Shown here: positions 40,146 through 47,963 of the stretch, in pieces
Layout of the letters: the number at the start of each line of letters is the position of its first letter
Numbering within the stretch: position 1 is the first letter of the stretch
Virus record (IMG/VR): IMGVR_UViG_3300037634_003213
Origin: an uncultured virus (IMG/VR IMGVR_UViG_3300037634_003213)
Taxonomy: Duplodnaviria > Heunggongvirae > Uroviricota > Caudoviricetes
Reading direction: 5' to 3' (one strand)
Length of the DNA: 64,000 bases
Translations under genes and position numbers: made by a program
Notes under the pieces: generated by a model
What the model saw: only the letters and a program-made list of their open reading frames with translations
Database searches by the model: none
What the model was told of the DNA's origin: nothing

Positions 40146-40562
40146 ATGGTCAACAAAATCTTTCTTCTCGGTAACCTCGGTGCCGATCCTGAACTTCAAT
40201 CTGGCAAAAGCGGCAACTCTTACTGTCGCTTTTCCGTAGCAACCACGTCTGTTTCGCGTGGGGAAAAGAAAACAGAGTGGCATCGCTGCACTGCTTTCGG
40301 TAAAACAGGCGAAGCTCTCGCCAAATACTGCACTAAAGGGCAAACCGTCTTCGTTGAAGGTCGTGTTGAGACACAAAAGTACACAGATAAGAACGGTCAA
40401 GACCGCTCAAGCACTATGATTGTTGCCTTTACTGTCCAGTTTCTTGCTAAAAACAGTAAACAATCAACATCAGCCAAAGGCTCCTACTCTAAACCAAAAG
40501 TCTCGTATGAGCCAGAAGCTGTCGCTGTTAACGATGACTGGGATGAAGAAGTCCCGTTCTAA
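40146..40562 (+). CDS. ssb: Single-stranded DNA-binding protein
   Basis: NKIFLLGNLGADPE, TEWHRC, KGQTVFVEGR, acidic DDWDEEVPF tail. Confidence 0.95.
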   Translation: MVNKIFLLGNLGADPELQSGKSGNSYCRFSVATTSVSRGEKKTEWHRCTAFGKTGEALAKYCTKGQTVFVEGRVETQKYTDKNGQDRSSTMIVAFTVQFLAKNSKQSTSAKGSYSKPKVSYEPEAVAVNDDWDEEVPF

Positions 40563-40571
40563 GGAGAACAC

Positions 40572-41228
40572 ATGCCAACCGCAAAGAAAACCAAAACAAC
40601 CGCTAAGAAAACAGCTACCAAAGCGAAAGCAGCACCAAAAGCTAAGGCCAAAGCTAAAGCTAAGGCTCCTGTAAAGCCAAAGGCTAAAGCTGCTCCTAAG
40701 AAGAAGGAGAAGTCTCCAGCTTGGAGAACAATCCATTCCTCAGAGAATGACACTTGGCGTACTCCAAAGCCGCTGTTTGATCGGCTCCATCGTGAGTTTG
40801 AGTTCGAACTCGATGCTGCTGCTCTAAAACACACCGCTCTTCTCGATAGCTACTATGGTCCTGACCATCTCGATGTTGGTCGTACTGATGCGCTCGCTCT
40901 GCAAGACTGGGAAGGACAAAGCATCTTCGTCAATCCTCCTTACGGTCGAAAGGTCGGTGATTGGGTCAAGAAAGGCTGGAAAGAATCCCTCAAGGGTAAA
41001 ACGGTTGTCATGCTCGTCATGGCTTGCACCGATACCATTTGGTGGCACAACTGGGCTTGGCAAGCTGACCAGATTCGTCTCATGAAAGGACGTGTCCCTT
41101 TTCGACGTGAAGATGGCTCTAAAGCATCCAGCGCACCGAAAGGTTCAGCAATCCTTGTGTTCAGGCAAGGTGATGGAAAGGACCACAAGAAGTTTCTCTC
41201 GTGGCACTTCGACCGATACGATGACTGA
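40572..41228 (+). CDS. dam: Phage N6-adenine DNA methyltransferase (Dam family) with a Lys/Ala/Pro-rich N-terminal tail
   Basis: WRTP..LF, LDAAA, FVNPPY, TDT.WW, GRV.F motifs. Confidence 0.85.
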   Translation: MPTAKKTKTTAKKTATKAKAAPKAKAKAKAKAPVKPKAKAAPKKKEKSPAWRTIHSSENDTWRTPKPLFDRLHREFEFELDAAALKHTALLDSYYGPDHLDVGRTDALALQDWEGQSIFVNPPYGRKVGDWVKKGWKESLKGKTVVMLVMACTDTIWWHNWAWQADQIRLMKGRVPFRREDGSKASSAPKGSAILVFRQGDGKDHKKFLSWHFDRYDD

Positions 41229-41406
41229 GCAAAAGGCCGGACAATGTGAAATCGATGGCTGTAAACGGTCGTCCGCTCTCGTTGTAGAGAGAAATGGTAC
41301 ATGGCAAGCCGTCTGCAACTTTCATGCTGCACCAAAGCATTGGAAGCTTAAGGAGGACTTTGATGTCATTCCTACGCTATTTGAGACAAACAGTGACGAA
41401 GAGTGA
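41221..41406 (+). CDS. Small Cys/His protein (MTEQKAGQCEIDGC...VCNFH)
   Basis: ATG overlapping the dam stop region; CxxxxC...CxxH. Confidence 0.5.
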   Translation: MTEQKAGQCEIDGCKRSSALVVERNGTWQAVCNFHAAPKHWKLKEDFDVIPTLFETNSDEE

Positions 41407-41434
41407 CGCTTCTGTGCGTTATCATTGAGACACT

Positions 41435-41677
41435 ATGAACGATAAACAACCAAAGATATTTACGTTTACCCTTCGCCTCGCTGTCGAATCTTACAATGTT
41501 GAAGAGGCTTTCATGCTTGTGATGGATGAAATCCAAAACAATCCAGAGAACGTCATCAGTGATGTTGTCTACGATACCACTGATTCAATATCGACCTTCT
41601 GTCCCTTCTATATGGACGACTTGGGACTAGGTGAAGAGAAAGAGGTCCTTTGGACTTTAAACAAAGCAAAAACATAA
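41435..41677 (+). CDS. Hypothetical protein
   Basis: 80-aa acidic ORF. Confidence 0.55.
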   Translation: MNDKQPKIFTFTLRLAVESYNVEEAFMLVMDEIQNNPENVISDVVYDTTDSISTFCPFYMDDLGLGEEKEVLWTLNKAKT

Positions 41678-41687
41678 GGAGTGAGAA

Positions 41688-41918
41688 ATGAGCGCAAGAG
41701 AACAAGTAGAAGAGATTTTCGCCGCTGAAGGCTTCTTCCTCCAAGAGAGAGAAGATGGGACTTTCGCATTCTTTGATGAAGAGGATGAGCTTGTCGCGCT
41801 TGGTAAGAGCGTCCTTGAAGCCTTTCAAGCACTTGAGGTAAGCCTTGAACTGCGACTTCAAGAAGCAACGTGCGCTTGGCTCGATGCCGTAGTGCCTGAA
41901 GAAGGCTTTCACGCCTAA
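41688..41918 (+). CDS. Hypothetical protein
   Basis: AAGGAG SD; 76 aa. Confidence 0.6.
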   Translation: MSAREQVEEIFAAEGFFLQEREDGTFAFFDEEDELVALGKSVLEAFQALEVSLELRLQEATCAWLDAVVPEEGFHA

Positions 41919-42109
41919 TGGGCAACCTTACCAAAACAGCAGCAAAGACTGTCTCTAATGTCTCTGACATTGATAATGCGCTGCTACAGGAACTTCACAA
42001 CATGCTCGACCTCGTCAGGAATGACAAGACAGACAGAGTGATCGTTGAGCTTAGAGTCAAGCGAGTGATTGATGATGAAGAAGCGCCTGAAGATTCGCAA
42101 GTGGGCTAA
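41918..42109 (+). CDS. Hypothetical protein
   Basis: TAATG coupling; 63 aa. Confidence 0.55.
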   Translation: MGNLTKTAAKTVSNVSDIDNALLQELHNMLDLVRNDKTDRVIVELRVKRVIDDEEAPEDSQVG

Positions 42110-42947
42110 AGAGTTTTCCAACTCTCGCACTCGTCATGACCGTCCATACGTTGATTGGGTATGTGCTGACCATCATGATGTCATCCATGACTACTTAGAC
42201 AAGCTTGAAGAGAAGGCTGGAAGCGAAAGCGTCGTCTCTCTGCTCGGTATGTGGCCTGACGCTAAGCTTGCAAAGCAATTCGGCCTTGAGGTGAACGAGG
42301 TAGTCACAGCACGCCGAATCATCACTGCACCACCAATGACGTTGTCTAAAGAGCGCTATGTAGAGAAGATTATTGGCCCTTTGGTGCGTGTGGTAGCCAA
42401 ACACGGCGATCCTCTCAATGCTTACGACCTTAGACGCTGGGCTTCTGGACTTAGGCCAAGACAAGCCAAACGATGCCGTTGGCGCTCAATCGGTGTCGCT
42501 TGGTGGCAAATATCGCCTAATGACCCGTTAGATCCACGCGATTCCAATCGTCTACAAGGCAGAAACTGCTCTACCTGTCGCTATTGGAGAGGCATGGATA
42601 ACCTTATGGATAAGTCCAATAAAACGCACACAGGCGCTTGGTGTGTGAGTAGAGATAGTGTCCGCAACGTGATTGGGCGCGATTGGCTCGTAAAGCATGG
42701 TGGAACAGTCGGTAGAATGGCTCATCCATGGCACACCAACTGTCCTGCTTGGGGTCCACCTGATTTCGTGCTTAGAAGGCGACTACAGAAGCCTAAGATC
42801 AACAAGAGCCGTAGCCTTACCTGGATTTCGACCATTACACGTGCTCACTTCTCTCCTAAGCCTCTTCCTATACTGGATGGTGGCCTCAAGTTGGTAAAGA
42901 TGCCTGAGTGGCTTGAGCTTATGCGTGCCATGCGCAACACCCCATAA
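42069..42947 (+). CDS. Hypothetical basic protein with CxxC
   Basis: 292-aa ORF; NCSTCRYW. Confidence 0.55.
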   Translation: MMMKKRLKIRKWAKEFSNSRTRHDRPYVDWVCADHHDVIHDYLDKLEEKAGSESVVSLLGMWPDAKLAKQFGLEVNEVVTARRIITAPPMTLSKERYVEKIIGPLVRVVAKHGDPLNAYDLRRWASGLRPRQAKRCRWRSIGVAWWQISPNDPLDPRDSNRLQGRNCSTCRYWRGMDNLMDKSNKTHTGAWCVSRDSVRNVIGRDWLVKHGGTVGRMAHPWHTNCPAWGPPDFVLRRRLQKPKINKSRSLTWISTITRAHFSPKPLPILDGGLKLVKMPEWLELMRAMRNTP

Positions 42948-42975
42948 GTCTCGCACTTTACCTACGTCTCCGTAG

Positions 42976-43390
42976 GATACCCCCCCCCTCTGCCACGGCC
43001 TCAAAAAATCATCACCTCACGGGCCCCCGTGGGGGGGGGTGTGGGCGTGCCGGGTTCGCACCCGTGGCCGGGGGGGGGGCGGGGACCGGGGCGGGGGGAT
43101 CACGGCCACCGCCACCGGCCGCCGGTGGGGCGGGGGATGGGGGGGCCGCCAGCGCAACCAGGGGAAGCGCAACCAGGGGAAGCGCAACCAGGGGAAGCGG
43201 GGCCACGGTGACAAGGGCCACCAAAGCGACCACCACCACCGCGATCACCCGTTCCACTATTGGAGCGGTGCGGGGGGATGGGGGGGGAGTAGGAGCCGCG
43301 ATCCGCAGCAAAGGGGCCACGGCCCACGAAACGAAACGCCCTGTCTTTTTGCACCGCGCCCTTTGCCGGGGGGACCCGGCGGGGAGAGCA
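42976..43390. other. G/C-run-rich segment, candidate genome terminus/packaging region
   Basis: C9, G9 and G10 runs and many GGG tracts, unlike the rest of the window; lies at a transcription-module boundary. Confidence 0.45.
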
Positions 43391-43413
43391 ACAAAGGCAA
43401 GGGAGTATTTCAT
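43012..43413 (-). CDS. Possible leaderless membrane protein with Pro-rich tail
   Basis: TACACT 6 nt before the ATG; basic RARCKKTGRF, hydrophobic helix, (LPLVA)3; low complexity lowers confidence. Confidence 0.4.
   Translation of the reverse strand: MKYSLAFVALPAGSPRQRARCKKTGRFVSWAVAPLLRIAAPTPPPSPRTAPIVERVIAVVVVALVALVTVAPLPLVALPLVALPLVALAAPPSPAPPAAGGGGRDPPAPVPAPPPATGANPARPHPPPRGPVR
43151..43199. repeat. 15-bp tandem repeat AGCGCAACCAGGGGA x3.3
   Basis: Direct reading. Confidence 0.95.
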
Positions 43414-43420
43414 GAGTTCA

Positions 43421-43441
43421 GTGTAACCGGGAAAACTACAC
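43421..43441. promoter_or_regulatory. Operator-like inverted repeat GTGTAA-N9-CTACAC
   Basis: Same spacing as the copy at 43575. Confidence 0.55.
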
Positions 43442-43574
43442 TCCGCCGGTTTTATTTATTTATTTTAAAAACGCTGTACGTGGAGCCTGTCCAAAAAAAA
43501 AACGCAAATAATTGAAAATAATTCCCCTCAAATTCCCCTTATATTCCAACCACTTGCGTCGCAGCAGGCTTACA

Positions 43575-43613
43575 GTGTAGCGATTTGCACTACACAAAAT
43601 GCCGGACAATACT
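43575..43613 (+). promoter_or_regulatory. Early sigma70-type promoter (TTGCAC-N17-AATACT) overlapped by operator GTGTAG-N9-CTACAC
   Basis: -35 at 43585-43590, -10 at 43608-43613, AT-rich tract upstream at 43450-43530. Confidence 0.55.
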
Positions 43614-43646
43614 GATTGTGTGGAAAGGGAATCTCCCAACCCACAA

Positions 43647-43658
43647 CGCTCTTTTAAA
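43647..43658 (+). promoter_or_regulatory. boxA-like antitermination site CGCTCTTTTAAA
   Basis: Matches the rrn/nut boxA core GCTCTT; preceded by a hairpin. Confidence 0.55.
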
Positions 43659-43818
43659 TCCTTTCATGATCTCAACCCAAATCGAGGCCCCACCCCCAGC
43701 GGGGGACGCAGGATCGATAGCCTAACGGCGGCACCCCCTTCTTATAGGGCGGAGCTTTGGAACGGACCCCAGGATCGGGGGGCTCAGCTAAACGCTGGCG
43801 AACCGATATAAGGATGGA

Positions 43819-43830
43819 TGCTCTTTGAAA
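43819..43830 (+). promoter_or_regulatory. boxA-like antitermination site TGCTCTTTGAAA
   Basis: Close match to rrn boxA. Confidence 0.6.
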
Positions 43831-43844
43831 TTCGAAAACTGTAA

Positions 43845-44415
43845 GGCACCCTGGCTATTTTTAGTCGGGACCCAATCAATCCAAGCAATTTAGGCGCTTA
43901 CTCTATCGCTATCAGGTGATAGAACCTCTGACCCCTTTCACGGAATACGTGTTGGGATAGGTAGGGCGAACGGTTCACGGTGCGCGGCGGGTCCTGCGTT
44001 TAGAGAGGGACCAGATAGCAGCGAGTAGACATAGAAACCGTGTACAGTCAAGCCGGACCGCGACCCCCCCGTCAAAGGGAGCGTGATAGCCGGATAAGGA
44101 AAGCCTTGGATTGACCGTCGAGTAGAGAAGGTGGGAGCCTGCAAGGGGCCCCTGCGTGGATGAAAGACGATCTGACCCCCAAGGTGCAAGGCGAGCGAAA
44201 GCCACGACCCACGACCCTTAGACTGTGCGACGGCGAACGAACAAAGCGACCCTAAAACGGGCGACATCTCCCAAGATCATAGCGATCAAGGAGGTGTCTT
44301 GCACCCTATACCCCCAAGGTGGGGACGCTTTGCGGCAATGAGGCAACCTTCAGGCCCCCCTTCGGGGGGGTTCTGACGGGCCTAATCAATGCACGGGCAT
44401 TCCGCGCGTGTATTG
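43845..44415 (+). ncRNA. Large structured non-coding RNA, family unassigned
   Basis: No credible plus-strand ORF; more than 12 hairpins, nested long-range helices, GCAA/GAAA/UUCG loops, many G-U pairs valid on the plus strand. Confidence 0.65.
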
Positions 44416-44457
44416 TTCCGGCCTGACCGCCAATAAACCTGACAAAGGACCGACAAA

Positions 44458-44637
44458 ATGCCTAATTTCATCAAATGCATCCACGTGACCCAGCTAAACG
44501 GTAGCTTTCACCTGATCAATACCGATACCCACACGGGAACCGGGGACTTTTTCCGCACTGACAAAGCAGCGGTGGATTTCCTACAGGGTGAGGGCTTCAC
44601 ATGGGACCCCGCAACAGACGAATTCACCCGCAGCTAA
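44458..44637 (+). CDS. Hypothetical 59-aa early protein (MPNFIKCIHV...)
   Basis: AAAGGA SD; below the ORF-track cutoff. Confidence 0.6.
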   Translation: MPNFIKCIHVTQLNGSFHLINTDTHTGTGDFFRTDKAAVDFLQGEGFTWDPATDEFTRS

Positions 44638-44654
44638 ACCACAACCCGCCTAAG

Positions 44655-44720
44655 TTATCCACAAGGTATCCATAGGCTTATCCATAACCAACCCCTAAGT
44701 TATCCATAGACTTATCCATA
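44655..44720 (+). promoter_or_regulatory. Array of five co-oriented DnaA-box-like 9-mers
   Basis: TTATCCACA 44655; GTATCCATA 44666; TTATCCATA 44678, 44700 and 44712. Confidence 0.7.
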
Positions 44721-44729
44721 GGAGGATTC

Positions 44730-44915
44730 ATGTCTAAACCCCAACAAGTACGCGCCCTTGTAGCCAAGGCACCCGTCTCTATCAGCCCCAAGAACACCAA
44801 GCGAGTAGTCCGTGCAGCAATGCGCGAGGTCTACGGCCCGGAGTGGTTCACGAACGGCCAGACGAAGGGTGTATTCAAGCGAGTGAAGGCAAGCTACGCC
44901 GCACGCAACAAGTAG
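44730..44915 (+). CDS. Hypothetical basic 61-aa protein
   Basis: AGGAGG SD. Confidence 0.7.
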   Translation: MSKPQQVRALVAKAPVSISPKNTKRVVRAAMREVYGPEWFTNGQTKGVFKRVKASYAARNK

Positions 44916-45110
44916 GCAGGGTGGGATTAGGCCCTGTGCGTCCACTACTCCGAAGGGGGTAGTGGGGTTCCCCAAGTGTTTGAGGAATGCATGACGCCAC
45001 CCGAGGGTGTGGTCCGTGTAACCTACCGGGACCCTTGAGACCTGGGCACGTCTGCACTGAGGCAATGACGCCTCGACAACCTAAACTGCCCACGCCATTG
45101 GAGGCAACTA

Positions 45111-45185
45111 ATGGAGAAATTTATTGTAATAATTGCAGGCTACTACTGGGCAAGCGCCCTGGCCAACACACTGGTAGGTTTCTAA
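45111..45185 (+). CDS. 24-aa hydrophobic peptide MEKFIVIIAGYYWASALANTLVGF
   Basis: GGAGGCAACTA-ATG motif; TAATG coupling to the next gene. Confidence 0.6.
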   Translation: MEKFIVIIAGYYWASALANTLVGF

Positions 45186-45502
45186 TGGAACTTCATATCT
45201 ACCTGGTCAAGCGCCCGGCCTTAGCGGGCTACGGCACCTACGATTCATTCGCGGTTGTTGCGTCCAGTGAACGCGCTGCACGCCACACCTATCCGAACCG
45301 AGGAATAGACGACTGGAAGTGGGACCGCGCCCGTGAATTGTGGGTAGACATCCGAGACGGCGACACGATTTACGACGGCCACGCATGGGTCGATGACCCC
45401 CAAACCTTGACGGTCACACGGGTTGGAAGCGCTGACCCTTCGTCTGTTTGGCTGACTGCCCAACACACCGCCGTCATCTGCGCGAGCTTCAACGCTGGCT
45501 GA
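45185..45502 (+). CDS. Hypothetical protein (start revised, MELHIYLV...)
   Basis: Coupled start; YDSFAVVA..E..AR...P and VICASFNAG patterns seen in small phage proteins. Confidence 0.65.
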   Translation: MELHIYLVKRPALAGYGTYDSFAVVASSERAARHTYPNRGIDDWKWDRARELWVDIRDGDTIYDGHAWVDDPQTLTVTRVGSADPSSVWLTAQHTAVICASFNAG

Positions 45503-45533
45503 ACCACTAACCCTAACCCATTGGAGGCAACCT

Positions 45534-45590
45534 ATGGCAATCGCACTGACCGTGCTCTATACACTGACGCTACCCCTAACCCTCACCTGA
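45534..45590 (+). CDS. 18-aa hydrophobic peptide MAIALTVLYTLTLPLTLT
   Basis: GGAGGCAACCT-ATG motif. Confidence 0.45.
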   Translation: MAIALTVLYTLTLPLTLT

Positions 45591-45684
45591 TCTTTAGTCT
45601 CTATTGATCCAAGGATCTATATTTAAACAACAACACCTAATATAGATCCTTTATTGAATAGAGTAAATAGGATCTAATATGATC
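45589..45684. other. AT-rich tract with six GATC sites
   Basis: GATC at 45589, 45606, 45614, 45645, 45671 and 45681. Confidence 0.7.
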
Positions 45685-45701
45685 CGCAACAAGAGGCAAC
45701 C

Positions 45702-46058
45702 ATGACACCGAACCCACCTATCCCCCAAAAAATCCAGCAAGTAGCGACAGCATGGCGGGCCAACGCCAAAGAAGCGGGCATGCCAGACGATGCCTGCTAC
45801 GTCAGCTATGACCCGAACGAAGAGAGGCGAGTCAAGGAATTCTACATCGACCCATGGGGGTCCCCTGACTACCGCTACAAGTCCATTGAAGGACCGGCGT
45901 GGGAGATGGCCTGCAACTACGAGCGAGGCCCCATCCTCTTCTGGTTCCCTGAGCAAGATATCTGGCTGCTGATGTACCAGTATGCAGAAGGCTGCGAGCG
46001 CATGAAGGGCGGCCACTCGGAGGCAGTGGCCACCGCTGAGATTGTCTACACTGGATGA
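45702..46058 (+). CDS. Hypothetical protein
   Basis: GAGGCAACC-ATG. Confidence 0.7.
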   Translation: MTPNPPIPQKIQQVATAWRANAKEAGMPDDACYVSYDPNEERRVKEFYIDPWGSPDYRYKSIEGPAWEMACNYERGPILFWFPEQDIWLLMYQYAEGCERMKGGHSEAVATAEIVYTG

Positions 46059-46149
46059 TCTCAACCCGCCTACAGGTCACTGGCAAGAAGAAATGAGCGA
46101 CCCTCGGGGGTGCAATGCCCCCTCCACTTTCAACAATAACGAGGCAACC

Positions 46150-46509
46150 ATGAGCTACCGAGAATTCGATCATCAAGTATCCACTCTGGACCTGGCCTAC
46201 ATAGCCGGACAGATCGTAAATGAAGAGACAGGAGGGTGGTTGACCGAGGCGCACACCCTTTACGCACCCAAGGAAGGCTACTCCAGCTTTGCAGTCGTCA
46301 TAGATGAAGCAGTTCTAATGACGGCAACCGAGGAAGGGAACCTCGTAATCTGGAATCTAAACGAACCGCATCCGTACTGCGGAGACGGATACGACAGAGA
46401 CTTTTATGTAGTCGAAGACTTCATTGAACGCATGCTCAAGAACAAGCAAGACAACTGCAACATAAAGCCCGCGCCAACTTGGATGCGGGAACAACTCTCC
46501 AACCCATAA
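46150..46509 (+). CDS. Hypothetical protein (start revised, MSYREF...)
   Basis: GAGGCAACC-ATG at 46141. Confidence 0.7.
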   Translation: MSYREFDHQVSTLDLAYIAGQIVNEETGGWLTEAHTLYAPKEGYSSFAVVIDEAVLMTATEEGNLVIWNLNEPHPYCGDGYDRDFYVVEDFIERMLKNKQDNCNIKPAPTWMREQLSNP

Positions 46510-46522
46510 AGCGAGGCAACCA

Positions 46523-46705
46523 ATGAGAGGCATCTACATCATCGAGCAGTCCGGCGACAGGGTCACCGGGCACTACCTATCCAAGAAAGGCGGGCGTTGG
46601 AGAGTCCACCTATTCAAGAACTGCTCACTCGAAAAAATAATTGAGAACGCATCACACGTCATCCATGAACCCACCATCTACACACTCACCAAACGAGGCA
46701 ACTAA
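46523..46705 (+). CDS. Hypothetical protein
   Basis: GAGGCAACCA-ATG. Confidence 0.65.
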   Translation: MRGIYIIEQSGDRVTGHYLSKKGGRWRVHLFKNCSLEKIIENASHVIHEPTIYTLTKRGN

Positions 46706-47097
46706 TGAGATTCAAAGTAGACATCAACGACGGCGAGGTAACGCTCGACATGAAACCAGGGGACACCATCGAGCATGGATGGTGGGAGCCCACCGACGAG
46801 GGCTATAGTGGAGGCACCGTCACCTTTGAGGCCCACGAAGAGGGCATCTTCCGCACGATCTACGACCACGGTAGAGACTGCGACGGCTGCATATCATCCT
46901 TGCGCAAGGACTTCTGCCCTTGGGATGAACTGAAAGCATACGACGGGCGACGCAAGCAACTTGGCTATGCCGACGTTGTCGAGGACGGCGTCACCTATCA
47001 CGAGATGCAGTACGAACCCGACCCCGGCTGGCCTAACTGGCAAGAGCACGAACGCTCCCGGCACTACGATCAATACGCTCAAGCAATGAACTACTAA
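46705..47097 (+). CDS. Hypothetical acidic protein
   Basis: GAGGCAACTA-ATG. Confidence 0.7.
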   Translation: MRFKVDINDGEVTLDMKPGDTIEHGWWEPTDEGYSGGTVTFEAHEEGIFRTIYDHGRDCDGCISSLRKDFCPWDELKAYDGRRKQLGYADVVEDGVTYHEMQYEPDPGWPNWQEHERSRHYDQYAQAMNY

Positions 47098-47122
47098 CCG
47101 ACCAACCCCGGAGAATAAAACC

Positions 47123-47530
47123 ATGAACCGAATCACATCAACCATCACCGAAGGCAACAACGTCCCCCTGGATCAGCAGCGGGACTCTTGGAAAAAGAAC
47201 GCTAACCCTTGGACGGTAACGCTTCGCTACCAGGGGAGGCAGTACACCTTCCCGTTCTGGACCGGCACCGGCTGGACCAGCAAACCCAACACCTTCGACG
47301 CGGCACACTGTGTCCTGTCGGAGGCGAGCGGGTTCGAGAACTCCCAAGGCTTCGAGGACTGGGCCAGCGACTACGGCTACGACACCGATTCCCGTGATGC
47401 AGAGGGCATCTATCGGGCGACTGAACGAGTCCACAGGAACACCAAGCGCTTGCTTGGAGATGACTACCGCTGGTTCCAAACCACCCTCGTCTATATGGAT
47501 GAGGAAACCCTTCAAGAGAGAACCCGATGA
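47123..47530 (+). CDS. Hypothetical protein
   Basis: GGAG SD; FEDWASDYGYDTDSR pattern. Confidence 0.7.
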   Translation: MNRITSTITEGNNVPLDQQRDSWKKNANPWTVTLRYQGRQYTFPFWTGTGWTSKPNTFDAAHCVLSEASGFENSQGFEDWASDYGYDTDSRDAEGIYRATERVHRNTKRLLGDDYRWFQTTLVYMDEETLQERTR

Positions 47531-47544
47531 GAGTCTAACCGATA

Positions 47545-47608
47545 GACTGAGAGCCTGTCGAAAACAAACCAAAGATTGTTTGTCCCTGAGTAAGGGCCAA
47601 CAACGTCT
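47545..47608 (+). promoter_or_regulatory. Duplicated promoter-like element, copy 1
   Basis: GACTGAGAGCCTG-N23-TGTCC-N18-CGTCT, same spacing as the copy at 50758. Confidence 0.6.
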
Positions 47609-47654
47609 ACCTAATAGCAGCCAATGAAGGCTGACCAAACGAGGCAACAACACC

Positions 47655-47963
47655 ATGAAAAAACAACCTGACTACAATCATGATCTCTACGATATCTTTG
47701 AGCCCGGTGAACCAGGATTCCACGGATACAAAATCGGTGAGAGGCTGCGCAATATCGGAGCAAAAGAGACAACGTGGACGGTGGTTCAAATCTTCTGCCC
47801 GAATAGGCCGGAAAGCCTGGGCGAGATTCGCATTGTCAATGACCAGACTAACTACAAAAAGTATGTAGAGACACACACCCTGGACCTTTACTGGGTCCGA
47901 GTACCGGAAGAGGCAGCCCCCGTGAAGACCTGGACACCCGAGGCGGGCTGGGTTGTATCATGA
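47655..47963 (+). CDS. Hypothetical protein
   Basis: GAGGCAACAACACC-ATG. Confidence 0.65.
   Translation: MKKQPDYNHDLYDIFEPGEPGFHGYKIGERLRNIGAKETTWTVVQIFCPNRPESLGEIRIVNDQTNYKKYVETHTLDLYWVRVPEEAAPVKTWTPEAGWVVS

Noticed and set aside
43029..43515. Plus-strand Gly/Arg-rich ORFs over the G-tract island
   Set aside because: Several frames are open only because of extreme GC content; no SD or promoter support
43845..44415. RNase P RNA, group I/II intron or tmRNA identity for the large RNA
   Set aside because: AAGGAAAGCC and GTGCG are suggestive, but I found no RNase P 3' P4 strand, no domain V and no tRNA-like ends, and no gene is interrupted
47150..47159. AAGGCAAC as another start motif
   Set aside because: Inside a CDS with no following ATG; likely chance
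47532..47561. Leftward promoter TCGACA-N18-TAGACT sharing TCGGTTAGACT with the sRNA promoter
   Set aside because: An 11-nt match could be chance, no leftward gene follows, and the second copy of the element lacks it; kept only as a note
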